DNA from: Gemmatimonadota bacterium
GTDB taxonomy: Bacteria > Gemmatimonadota > Gemmatimonadetes > Longimicrobiales > Gaopeijiaceae
NCBI GenBank assembly: GCA_050049805.1
Contig: JASFVN010000001.1
Location: forward strand, 11,059-75,058
Direction: 5' to 3'
DNA: 64,000 nt
Both the position numbers and the translations under genes were made by a program. A model generated the notes under the pieces. The model saw only the letters and a program-made list of their open reading frames with translations, was not told the DNA's origin and made no database searches. How positions within the stretch are numbered: position 1 is the stretch's first letter; every line of letters starts with the position of its first letter. Below are positions 19,046-27,979 of the stretch, piece by piece.

Positions 19046-19842
19046 CAGCCTTCTCCCGGCACGATTCGGCGGGAAACAAGACGGCTGGCCTGAGGACCGT
19101 CTCCCTCCTCCAATGCCTGAACGTCGTTGGCCACCGACGCGGCAAAAGCGTCCAGATACCAGAAGACCCGCATGGCCAGCTTCACGGCTTCAGCACCGGC
19201 TTCCAGAGCGTAAAGGTCTTCCAGATCCGCCCCCGGGAGGGAGCTCTGGAAGTCGTTTCCCTCGGGTCTGACATCGATGGAGGCCCACTCTCCGGCGGCT
19301 TCGAGGGGGAGAGTGGGAAGGGGTACCACACTGAGGCCCGGCCGGTCCTTCCGGATTCCCATGACGATGAGAAGGGCCAGGTTCTCGCCATCCGGTATGG
19401 ACCAGAAGAAACCATCGAGGGATTCTGGTGGTGTGTCCTCCCCCCCCGGTACCCAGATGAGGTGCTGGGGGAACTGAACGTACCCCGCCGGCCCGGGGAC
19501 GGAGGGCGACCACCCCCCTTCCCCGGGACCGTCGGCCACCAGGGTCCTTACCACACCTGTATCCAGCATGAAGAAGGGCAGGCCCTCCTTCCAGAAGTGG
19601 AATGCATGGAAAAGAAGGGCTCCGAACTGCTGGATCAGCCTCGGATCGTCTTCCTCACTGCGGATCTCCCTCAAAATCGCCCCGGCTTCGCTCAAGAGGG
19701 CGAACCGGTCGGGGTCCGAAAGGTCGGCCTCCCTCTCCTCGGCCTCCTTCTGAATCAGAGGAAAGCGCTCGTCGGCAAAGTCCTCCTCCGGCAGGAGGAG
19801 CTCGTAGGGTGTGACCCGGGCGTATGCGTCGTGGATCGGCAT
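19045..19842 (-). CDS. hypothetical protein (265 aa)
   Basis: ATG 19842 with AGGAG 6 nt upstream (the track start at 19881 is a GTG overlapping the tricorn stop). Acidic, with no recognisable motif. Its stop shares 1 nt with the nth start. Confidence 0.6.
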   Translation of the reverse strand: MPIHDAYARVTPYELLLPEEDFADERFPLIQKEAEEREADLSDPDRFALLSEAGAILREIRSEEDDPRLIQQFGALLFHAFHFWKEGLPFFMLDTGVVRTLVADGPGEGGWSPSVPGPAGYVQFPQHLIWVPGGEDTPPESLDGFFWSIPDGENLALLIVMGIRKDRPGLSVVPLPTLPLEAAGEWASIDVRPEGNDFQSSLPGADLEDLYALEAGAEAVKLAMRVFWYLDAFAASVANDVQALEEGDGPQASRLVSRRIVPGEG

Positions 19843-19870
19843 CAGGTTCTCCTGTGATCCGTCTCGGGCC

Positions 19871-22800
19871 TCAGCCTCCACCCCCCTGGTACTGGTACAG
19901 ACCCTCAGCCAGCATCCGGAGAGCCTCGTCCACGGCGGCCTTCAGCTCCCGGTCGAAACCGGCCAGCTCGTCCTCCGGGGTGTTCCAGACGTAGACATCG
20001 GGAGCCACGCCGTAGTTCTCCAGATTGATGCCATGGTTGTGGGGTTTGGTGGGATCGTAATTCACCACCAGGGACCCCGGGGTACGGATGGCCCCGCCAT
20101 TCATGAGGCCGTAGCTCCCGGTGGCGATGACCGCTGCCGCCGTTGGATTCCCGACGATGCTCCCCAACCCGAGATCCCTGAACCCGAGGGGGGTGACCTC
20201 ACTGTCCGAGCCCGAGCGGGCGTTGATGAGCATGACCTTGGGTCCGGCGATGGCCTGCCGGGGCCTCCGGCCGGAGCTGGGAGCCGCCCAGCGGTTGTTC
20301 CAGTACTCGTAGGGGCGGCGTTCCAGGATATCCAGGATCTGCTGGTCCGTGTTTCCTCCACCGTTGTACCGGATGTCCACGATGATGCCCTGGGCGTTCC
20401 AGAACCGGTTGATCTCGTTTTCGAAGATCCGCAAAGACGGTTGGTTCATGCCTTCGATATGGACGTAGGCGATCTTCCCGTCCGACTCCCGTTCCACGAA
20501 TTCCCTGTTCTTCTCCACCCACTCCTGGTACTGGATGTTTCGGAGGGAATTGACGGTCCTCACTCGCTGGTCCCGGGCGTTGGCCCCGTCGGGCGAATCC
20601 GCCACCCGGAGGGTGACATACTCGTTCAGGGCATGGTTCAGGATCTTCCAGTAGTTCTCCGGGGGCCGAATCTCCTGGCCGTCGATGGCCAGTACGAAGT
20701 CTCCGACCTCCATGTCCAGCCACTCCTTGTCGGCGGGGCCGTCCCGATACACCTGGCTGACCCGGTATGCACCTTGGGCAGGTTCCAGTTCTATGCCCGG
20801 CAGGCGGGTGGAGTATTCCGTTTCCATGTCGACGCTGGAAAGTCTGGACACTCCCACGTGGGAGGCATTGAGCTCACCGATCATCTGATTGGCCAGATCC
20901 TGGACGTCCTCATAGCTCCCGACATGGGCCAACAGGGGCTTATAGTGGGCCTTGATGGCATCCCAGTCTTTCCCGTGCATGTTCGGGTCATAGAAGCGGA
21001 ACTTCATGACCCGCCATGCCTCCTCGAAGATCTGCTCCCACTCGGCCCGGTGGTCCACCTTAACCGAGAAGGAAAACTCCACCTGCTCTGGGTTTCCACC
21101 CGGCAGGGCCATCCGGTGGATCTGGAAGCCCCCGCCCCCGGCGCGTTGGGCGAAGAAAAGCGTCTTCCCGTCCCGTGTGGGCTGAAGTTCATAGAAGGTG
21201 CCGCCCTCGATCTTCCGGGGCTCGCCGCCCTCCAGGGGAATGGAGAACAAGCCGGGACCATCCTGGTCCTGAGACAGGTAGAAGACTGTCTTCCCGTCGG
21301 CGGAAAGGAAGAAATTCGGGGCACTGAACTCCCCGGAGGTAAGCTGACGAGCCCTCTTCTCGATCCCCTCCGGTTCTACCGTGAGGATCCCCGGCTCGGC
21401 TTCTTCTTCGGGCTCCCCCTCGGCCTCCTCCTGGCCTGCCTTCACCAGGGGATCCTCCGGATCTTCCGTCAGTCCCGTCAGGGAGACGACAAAGAGGTGA
21501 AAGTTGCCCTCCTCCCTATTGGACCCGAACACCAAATGACTTCCGTCCGGGGTCAGGGCACCCATTGCGTCCCTGAACGGATCTTGCGTGACGTTGATCT
21601 CCCTCCGGGATTCGATCTCGAAGAGGTAGACCTCCGAGTCCTCGTCCAGGTCGTTTCTAGCGTAGACCAGCCACCGACCGTCGGGGGAGTATTCCGATAG
21701 GCTGAACCCTCGGTTCTGGTTGTACGCCAGCTCGGTGGTCCGGGCCGATGCCACATCCACCTCGAAGAGGCGGTTGGCCGCCACGAATGCGATGCGGTCC
21801 GAGTCGGGAGACCAGACGTAGTCGGACGTCTTGTAGGAGTCGTGATCCGTAAGCTCTCGACGCTCCCCGGTAGCCAGCTCCATGACCCACAGCTGCTCCT
21901 CAGCGCCCTCGTCGGAGACGAAGGCCAGGTATCGGCCGTCCGGGGAATACTTCTGGTAGCGGTCTCTCCACGCCGAGGAGGTGATCTGTCGCTTCTCTCC
22001 GGTTTCAGGGTCTACAGGCACGATGAAAATCTCGCCCCGTGAATCCACCGCCACAGCTTTACCCTCCGGATGGGCAGAGAACCCCTCGGCCTGGTCTTCC
22101 ACATCCACCCATTCCACCTGATTGATGGAGGGATCAAAGGCCAGCTCTACCGGAACCCTCGTGGGGTTCCCATCTGGGACATCCAGAGTATAGAGCTCGT
22201 AGTCCTGAGTGTAGACGATGGTTCGGCCGTCGTTGCTCATGGCAGGGTACTTGACGCCTCCCTGCGTGTGCCGAGTCACCTGTGAAACCCCGCTCCCGTC
22301 CGGCGCCATCTTCCAGAGGTTGAAGACGCCGCCCCGTTCGCTCACGAAGTAGATCATGTCGTCGGCGCCCCACATGGGGACGGCGTCGTGGACATGTTCC
22401 CGAAAGCCCTCCATCTCGGGGTTCGAGACAGGGTCCGTGAGCTTCGTGAAGGCTCCGGATTGGCGATCCAGGATCCAGAGGTCCGTGGTCCGGTTCCCCT
22501 TCTGCCCCTTGCGGGCAGCGCCTCGGGCCGTGGTGAGAGAGGATTGGTTGAAAACCAGGTAGCGCCCATCAGGGCTCTCGGCGGCATTCCCTGCCTGGTC
22601 CATATCCATGGGAAGGGGTAGGTCCCCTTCAGGGGAGACCGTATAGAGGGGCGAGTAGAAACGACTCATCACTCCCCTGGAGGTGGCGAACATGATCCGC
22701 CCATCCCGGGTCCATCCTTCCACTTGATCCGAGGTTGTATGAAAGGTGAGTTGTTCTGGCTCTCCTCCCTCCACCGAAACCAGAAAAACGTCGTTGTTCC

Positions 22801-23071
22801 CAAAACGGTCGCTGGAGAAGGCTATGGTTTGCCCGTCCGGGGAGAAGCGGGGGTAAACGTCCCTGGCCAGGTGGTTGGTCAGGCGCCTCGCCTGAGTTCC
22901 GTCCCGCTCCACCAACCACAAATCCCCCTGGTAGGAGAAGGCGATGAGGTCACCATGGACGTGAGGATGCATCATGAATTTGATGGGTTCGGGGGGCGCG
23001 GCGCCGACCACGCTCGTGGAAACCCCGAGGACGAAAAAGGGAAGAAACACCAAAAGGCGTAGGGATTTCAT
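19871..23071 (-). CDS. tricorn-like protease (S41 family; beta-propellers, PDZ and protease domain)
   Basis: ATG 23071 behind GGAGG. Signal MKSLRLLVFLPFFVLGVSTSVVGA. N-terminal HPHVHGDLIAFSYQGDLW as in tricorn. Repeated SPDG propeller blades. C-terminal S41 region with ARSGSDSE. 1066 aa. Confidence 0.85.
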   Translation of the reverse strand: MKSLRLLVFLPFFVLGVSTSVVGAAPPEPIKFMMHPHVHGDLIAFSYQGDLWLVERDGTQARRLTNHLARDVYPRFSPDGQTIAFSSDRFGNNDVFLVSVEGGEPEQLTFHTTSDQVEGWTRDGRIMFATSRGVMSRFYSPLYTVSPEGDLPLPMDMDQAGNAAESPDGRYLVFNQSSLTTARGAARKGQKGNRTTDLWILDRQSGAFTKLTDPVSNPEMEGFREHVHDAVPMWGADDMIYFVSERGGVFNLWKMAPDGSGVSQVTRHTQGGVKYPAMSNDGRTIVYTQDYELYTLDVPDGNPTRVPVELAFDPSINQVEWVDVEDQAEGFSAHPEGKAVAVDSRGEIFIVPVDPETGEKRQITSSAWRDRYQKYSPDGRYLAFVSDEGAEEQLWVMELATGERRELTDHDSYKTSDYVWSPDSDRIAFVAANRLFEVDVASARTTELAYNQNRGFSLSEYSPDGRWLVYARNDLDEDSEVYLFEIESRREINVTQDPFRDAMGALTPDGSHLVFGSNREEGNFHLFVVSLTGLTEDPEDPLVKAGQEEAEGEPEEEAEPGILTVEPEGIEKRARQLTSGEFSAPNFFLSADGKTVFYLSQDQDGPGLFSIPLEGGEPRKIEGGTFYELQPTRDGKTLFFAQRAGGGGFQIHRMALPGGNPEQVEFSFSVKVDHRAEWEQIFEEAWRVMKFRFYDPNMHGKDWDAIKAHYKPLLAHVGSYEDVQDLANQMIGELNASHVGVSRLSSVDMETEYSTRLPGIELEPAQGAYRVSQVYRDGPADKEWLDMEVGDFVLAIDGQEIRPPENYWKILNHALNEYVTLRVADSPDGANARDQRVRTVNSLRNIQYQEWVEKNREFVERESDGKIAYVHIEGMNQPSLRIFENEINRFWNAQGIIVDIRYNGGGNTDQQILDILERRPYEYWNNRWAAPSSGRRPRQAIAGPKVMLINARSGSDSEVTPLGFRDLGLGSIVGNPTAAAVIATGSYGLMNGGAIRTPGSLVVNYDPTKPHNHGINLENYGVAPDVYVWNTPEDELAGFDRELKAAVDEALRMLAEGLYQYQGGGG

Positions 23072-23288
23072 ATTCGCCTCCACTGGTCGCATGAGTTCAT
23101 CGGGAAGACGGGCTATAAGGTACGGTGGAGAGAGTGCGTCTGCCACGGAACTCGTTACCCCGGGCCGAAATGACCCCGGAAAGCCTGCCCCTGGCACGCC
23201 CGAATCGCCTCCAGGCCCCGATGGCACTACTTTTTCGCCTGAACCTCGAGAACGCTCACATGAAAAAGGATTCCCGGAGAAACCCGTC

Positions 23289-25100
23289 ATGTCACGACAT
23301 ACGACCAAACGACTCTTCTGTGGTCCCATCTGGTCAGCCGCTCTCGTCACTCTTTCCCTGATGGCCTTCGCCGGCTCAGGCCTCCCCGCTCAGGAATGGA
23401 CCCAGGCTCCGGGCCAGGACTGGCTCCTGGCCCCGGCGGAGGCCACGGATTATCAAAACGGCGGCACTCTGTACGGGCCACTCATGGACTTCGTCTATGA
23501 ACTGGAGTCCCGGACCGAGCTCATGAATGTGGTGAAACTCACCGAGACCCTGGGGGGGAGGGACATCGCCCTCTGCATCCTCTCGAATCCGCCTGTCTTC
23601 CAGAAGGCGGACCTGGCCTACTCGGACAAGCCCATCGTCCTCATCGTCAACAACGTCCACGGCAGTGAGGTGGCAGGAAAAGATGCGGCTATGGAAATCA
23701 TGCGGGACCTGGTCATGGGCGAGCTGAGACCCCTCCTGGATGAGGCGGTGGTCTTGGTGGTGCCCACCATCAACCCGGACGGGGCGGAGGTCCGCCGCCG
23801 GACCAACGACGAGGGCTTCGACATGAACCGGGATTACCTCAAGCTGGAATCCCAGGAGATCCAGGCCCTGGTCACCAAGGTCATCTACGATTGGAGGCCG
23901 GACATTTTCGTCGACACCCACCACGGGGGGTCGACACCGTACGTCCTCACTTTCCAGACCAACATGAACCCGGCTGGGGACGCCAACATCATGCGCATCG
24001 GCAACGAGGAGATCATCCCTCAAATCCGGGCAGCCCTCCGAGAAGAAGACTACGACGGATTCTGGTATTCGGGCCCGCGACAGATGGAGAACGGAGAGGT
24101 TGGTTGGTCACCCACGTCGGTGGAACCCAGAAAACAGCATGTCTACGCCACTTTGGCCAACACCGTAGGCTTTCTTTTCGAAACGCCCAGCGGAAGTCAC
24201 CGGGTGGTGGACAACGGCACCCGGGTGATCCCGGTGCCCCAGGAGGAACGGTATCGGCACCAGGTCAGGGGACAGTACATCGGCCAGAGGGAGCTCATCA
24301 AATACGCGGCGGAAAACCCGGAACGGCTGAGGGGAGTCGTGGCCCAGGCTCGGGCCGACGCCATCGCCCGGGGCAACGATGACTCCGACAACGACCAGAT
24401 CCCCATCGCCTACGAGCAAGTGGAGAAATTCCGGGAGGCGTTCTGGTACCGGGAAGGGGGCCGGGGAGCCGGCCCCGAAGCCACCTTCGAGCTCATGGAG
24501 GGGCCCATCCTCACCGAATGGCGGCCCACCGATACGGTCACCAGGCCCTGGGGCTATCTCTTCCCCAACTCTCTGGCGAAGGTGATTCCCCTCCTTCACC
24601 AGCACGACATCACGGTGAAGCGGTTGACGGAGCCCGTGGAGCTGGAAGTTGAGACCTGGTACGCCACAGAGGTGACCAATGACGAATACTTCCAGGCACA
24701 CTACCTCATGTCGGTCACTGCCGAGCGCCGGACAGAGACCGTGTCCCTGCCCGCTGGTTCGTTCTTCGTTCCCAGCGGACAGGCCGGTTCGAACCTCATT
24801 AGCTACCTTCTGGAGCCGGCAACCAACGACAACCTCGTGACCTGGGGTTACCTGGACAACGTGGTCCAGGTCACGCCCTCAGCCGAAGAGACGGAGGCCC
24901 GCGTGGCGGAGATGAGGCAGCGCCTGGCTGCCATGACCGCGGAGGAGAGGGCCCAAATGGGGAACCGGATGGAACGGCAGCTCGAGGAACTCAGCGCCGG
25001 CCGACCCATACCCGTCTACCGGGTCATGAAGAAGACTGAGATCCCCGGGGTGGTGGTGACCCCATTCAACGTCTACGAGCCGAACTGGTATTACCGTTGA
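23289..25100 (+). CDS. secreted M14-family zinc carboxypeptidase
   Basis: ATG 23289. Signal ...LVTLSLMAFAGSGLPAQ. HxxE zinc motif VNNVHGSEVAG, then NPDG and a later H ligand (VDTHHGG). Divergent from the tricorn-like gene. Confidence 0.85.
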   Translation: MSRHTTKRLFCGPIWSAALVTLSLMAFAGSGLPAQEWTQAPGQDWLLAPAEATDYQNGGTLYGPLMDFVYELESRTELMNVVKLTETLGGRDIALCILSNPPVFQKADLAYSDKPIVLIVNNVHGSEVAGKDAAMEIMRDLVMGELRPLLDEAVVLVVPTINPDGAEVRRRTNDEGFDMNRDYLKLESQEIQALVTKVIYDWRPDIFVDTHHGGSTPYVLTFQTNMNPAGDANIMRIGNEEIIPQIRAALREEDYDGFWYSGPRQMENGEVGWSPTSVEPRKQHVYATLANTVGFLFETPSGSHRVVDNGTRVIPVPQEERYRHQVRGQYIGQRELIKYAAENPERLRGVVAQARADAIARGNDDSDNDQIPIAYEQVEKFREAFWYREGGRGAGPEATFELMEGPILTEWRPTDTVTRPWGYLFPNSLAKVIPLLHQHDITVKRLTEPVELEVETWYATEVTNDEYFQAHYLMSVTAERRTETVSLPAGSFFVPSGQAGSNLISYLLEPATNDNLVTWGYLDNVVQVTPSAEETEARVAEMRQRLAAMTAEERAQMGNRMERQLEELSAGRPIPVYRVMKKTEIPGVVVTPFNVYEPNWYYR

Positions 25101-25143
25101 GGAGATGGCCGGAGGCCCCACTCTGGGGCCTCCGGCCGGAACC

Positions 25144-25614
25144 ATGGACGATCTCACCTTTCTCAGGCAGGCTATCGAGCTCGCAGAGGTCCACGCTCTG
25201 GGGGGAACCGCCGGACCCTTCGGGGCCGTGGTGGTCAGGGCCGGAGAGGTCGTGGGCCGGGGGTGGAACCGGGTGGTGGATGAAACGGATCCCACGGCCC
25301 ACGCGGAGGTTCTCGCAATTCGGGAGGCAGCAAGGTGCCTCGGCACTCACGTTCTTGACGATTGTGTCGTCTATTCAAGCTGTGAGCCCTGCCCCATGTG
25401 CCTAGCCGCCATCTATTGGGCGAGGATTCCCCGGGTGGTCTTCGCCAGCAGAGGAGAGGACGCAGCCGAAGCAGGATTCGACGACAGCCTCATTGCCAGG
25501 GAGATGAGCCTGGACTGGGAGGACCGGAGCGTCGAAAGCAGCCATGCCCTCCGGGATGAGGCTAACGAGGTGCTTCGTCGATGGAAGGAAAAACCGGACC
25601 GGGTGGAATACTGA
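25144..25614 (+). CDS. guaD: guanine deaminase-like CDA-fold deaminase
   Basis: HAEV...CEPCPMC zinc motifs. Aligns along its whole length, from memory, with B. subtilis GuaD (GPFGAVVV, IYWARI, AAEAGFDDS). Confidence 0.75.
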   Translation: MDDLTFLRQAIELAEVHALGGTAGPFGAVVVRAGEVVGRGWNRVVDETDPTAHAEVLAIREAARCLGTHVLDDCVVYSSCEPCPMCLAAIYWARIPRVVFASRGEDAAEAGFDDSLIAREMSLDWEDRSVESSHALRDEANEVLRRWKEKPDRVEY

Positions 25615-25618
25615 AAAG

Positions 25619-26338
25619 TCAGGACTCCGCCTCGAGCCCAGATTCCAGAAGCTCAAAGGGGGATCTCCCTCTCCACTCCTCCAGTCGCTCCTTCCATCTC
25701 TTCTTCCGAAGGAGAACCAGTTGTAGCGAACCGGGGCCGACCTCCAAGCCGTAGATCCAGATGTAGTGGACGTCACCGAGGCGATCGGGGCGGCGTACCC
25801 TCCAGACCTCCCCATGCCAGGAGAACTCCAACTCCTGGACGCCGCTGAATTCCTCCAGGGTCCAGCTCTGCTCGATGAAGAAGTCGTATTCCACCTGGAA
25901 AACGCCGGGGGCTACCTCCAGCCCGGAGCGATAATAGGTGGGATCGAACTCCAAGCCTTCGGCCCGGCGAAAGGCTTCTTCCATGGCGTAATCGATCCCC
26001 TCCAGGGCGTCTTCCCTCGCCAGCACTTCGAGATGGTGTCTGAGTTCGTGGGTCAGAGTCTCCCAGAGCTCATCTTCCCAACTGAAGTCGGGGTCGTTTT
26101 CGGCCAGCACGCGGAACGAACCGTGGTAGAGAACGACCACCGACCGGAGGGTCTCAGGCCCGGTCCATTCCGATGGATAGGCTTCGGTCAGGCACTGACC
26201 GAGGGTGTAGACCGTGGACAGCGTGGGGTGGGGAAGGACTTCCGACCGGACGGTCAGTCCGTCCACACCTGCCAGGAACTCCGGGGGAATGGTCTCGAAC
26301 TTCTCGTGGGCCAAGTTGGAAAAGGAAGCGAAATCCAT
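25619..26338 (-). CDS. minimal zincin (Zincin_1/DUF1025-like) metallopeptidase with extra C-terminal domain
   Basis: HEXXH in TLTHELRHHLEVL within an N-terminal domain of about 125 aa. About 110 further residues have no recognisable motif. Confidence 0.65.
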   Translation of the reverse strand: MDFASFSNLAHEKFETIPPEFLAGVDGLTVRSEVLPHPTLSTVYTLGQCLTEAYPSEWTGPETLRSVVVLYHGSFRVLAENDPDFSWEDELWETLTHELRHHLEVLAREDALEGIDYAMEEAFRRAEGLEFDPTYYRSGLEVAPGVFQVEYDFFIEQSWTLEEFSGVQELEFSWHGEVWRVRRPDRLGDVHYIWIYGLEVGPGSLQLVLLRKKRWKERLEEWRGRSPFELLESGLEAES

Positions 26339-26395
26339 GAACTTTTCGAGGGGCCTTTCGGTAACGCCCGGAAGGGGAAAGTCTCCCGAGGAGCT

Positions 26396-27862
26396 CTAAC
26401 TGCCCACCCTTGAATCCCCTTCATCCCCATCCAGGGATTTGGTCACGAGGACTCGGTTCAAACCGAGCAATACTGCCAGGACGATGGCCCATTGGATGAG
26501 GACGGTGCCGATGTTGTAGTTGGAGAAGAGGGTCCAGGTCGCCCGCCAACCCTCACCACGGGACTGGAGAAGCATCCACACCATCAGGACCACGGCCTCT
26601 ACCACCACCAGGCGAATGGCCCAATCCCACCAGGCTCCGACCCGGATGTCGGAAAAGCCCGTGTTGATGAACTTCTCCCGCCACTCCGTGACACCAAAAC
26701 GAAGGACAGCCACGGCGAAGAAGAATCCGGATAGCATGAGGCCCACACCCCACACCCAGTCCTGGTTCTGGAAGACGGCCATGTTTAGAGCGCTGGGAAC
26801 CCCGCAGAGTATTCCTGCCACGCCGACGACACCGATGGCGCGGCCTCGGGTGAGTCCCATGTCCTGGAGGATCCTGCTGGCCAACTCGATCATGGAGACC
26901 AGGCTCGTCCAGGCGGCAAAGACCAGAGCCAAGAAGAAAATCGCCATGAAGAACTGGCCCCACGGGATCTGCGCAAATAGCTGCGGCACCCAGATGAAGG
27001 TCAACCCCTCATTCCCGGCGCCGACGATCTGACCATAGGCATCGGGCATGATGGAAAACACGGTACACAGAACCATGATCCCCGCCAGGAGAGACATGGA
27101 GTTGTTCCCAAACCCGATGACGAAGGCGTTCAGAGCGGTGTCCTCCCGCTTTCTCATATAGACGGCATACGTAAGTGCCAGGCCCCACCCGGCCCCGGTG
27201 TCCCAGGCGTTCTGGGTAAGGGCCTCCAACCAGATTCGGTAGTTGCCCAGATCGGACAGCTGGGGGGTGAAAAGGAAAGCCAAACCCCGGGAGGATCCTG
27301 GGAGCGTCAGGGCTTTGATGGCCAGTACAATCACGAGAACGATGAGGCTCGGTATGAGAATCTTGGCGGCTCGCTCGATCCCCTTCACGCCCCTGGAAAC
27401 CACCAGGACACCCAGGCCCATGGCGATGAGGTGGGTGAGGAGAGCTGAGTTGGTCCCGGCGAAGCTGTCCCAGAAGGCCCCGGGTACCTCGGTGGGAATC
27501 TCACGGGTGAGTGTGGCCCAGAAGAACCGTATGGTCCACCCCATGACTACGCTGTAGTAGAACATGATGGCCGTGGCCGTCCACGCCACCCACGCCCCCA
27601 TCCAGCCAAACTTGGGGCCCACCGTCTTGGCGAAGGCTCCTACCGTGCCCTTCCGCGTGCCCTTGCCCATCCCGAACTCGAGAATGAGGAGGGGAATAGA
27701 CCAAAGGAGAAGAAATACCGCCCACGCCACCAGGAAGGATCCACCTCCGTTGGAAGCCGCGATCCGGGGAAACCGCCAGATATTGCCAGTCCCCACGGCC
27801 ATGCCGAGCATTGCAAGCAACATTCCCCAACGAGAGCTGAAGACCTCGGACCTGGACGCCAC
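26396..27862 (-). CDS. sodium-dependent NSS/SNF-family transporter
   Basis: LeuT-like N-terminus RWGMLLAMLGMAVGTGNIWRFP and multiple TM segments. GTG 27862 sits 5 nt downstream of AGGAGGA, so the longer track ORF (to 27949) is probably an over-extension. Confidence 0.85.
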   Translation of the reverse strand: MASRSEVFSSRWGMLLAMLGMAVGTGNIWRFPRIAASNGGGSFLVAWAVFLLLWSIPLLILEFGMGKGTRKGTVGAFAKTVGPKFGWMGAWVAWTATAIMFYYSVVMGWTIRFFWATLTREIPTEVPGAFWDSFAGTNSALLTHLIAMGLGVLVVSRGVKGIERAAKILIPSLIVLVIVLAIKALTLPGSSRGLAFLFTPQLSDLGNYRIWLEALTQNAWDTGAGWGLALTYAVYMRKREDTALNAFVIGFGNNSMSLLAGIMVLCTVFSIMPDAYGQIVGAGNEGLTFIWVPQLFAQIPWGQFFMAIFFLALVFAAWTSLVSMIELASRILQDMGLTRGRAIGVVGVAGILCGVPSALNMAVFQNQDWVWGVGLMLSGFFFAVAVLRFGVTEWREKFINTGFSDIRVGAWWDWAIRLVVVEAVVLMVWMLLQSRGEGWRATWTLFSNYNIGTVLIQWAIVLAVLLGLNRVLVTKSLDGDEGDSRVGS

Positions 27863-27979
27863 CGGTTTCCTCCTGTTTCGGGCGGGCTCACCTGGCAGGC
27901 ACGATAGTGCCGACGCCCTTCGCCTTGAGCAAGTGTGGCCTTGAATCAACTGGTTGCACGGACGTGGCCGAAGGGACTC

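Noticed and set aside
19811-21700. 629-aa ORF on the plus strand
   Set aside because: - It lies entirely antisense to the well-supported tricorn-like protease gene.
- Its composition is Pro/Gly/Arg/Val-rich, as is typical of antisense frames in GC-rich DNA.
- It has no ribosome-binding site and no recognisable motif.
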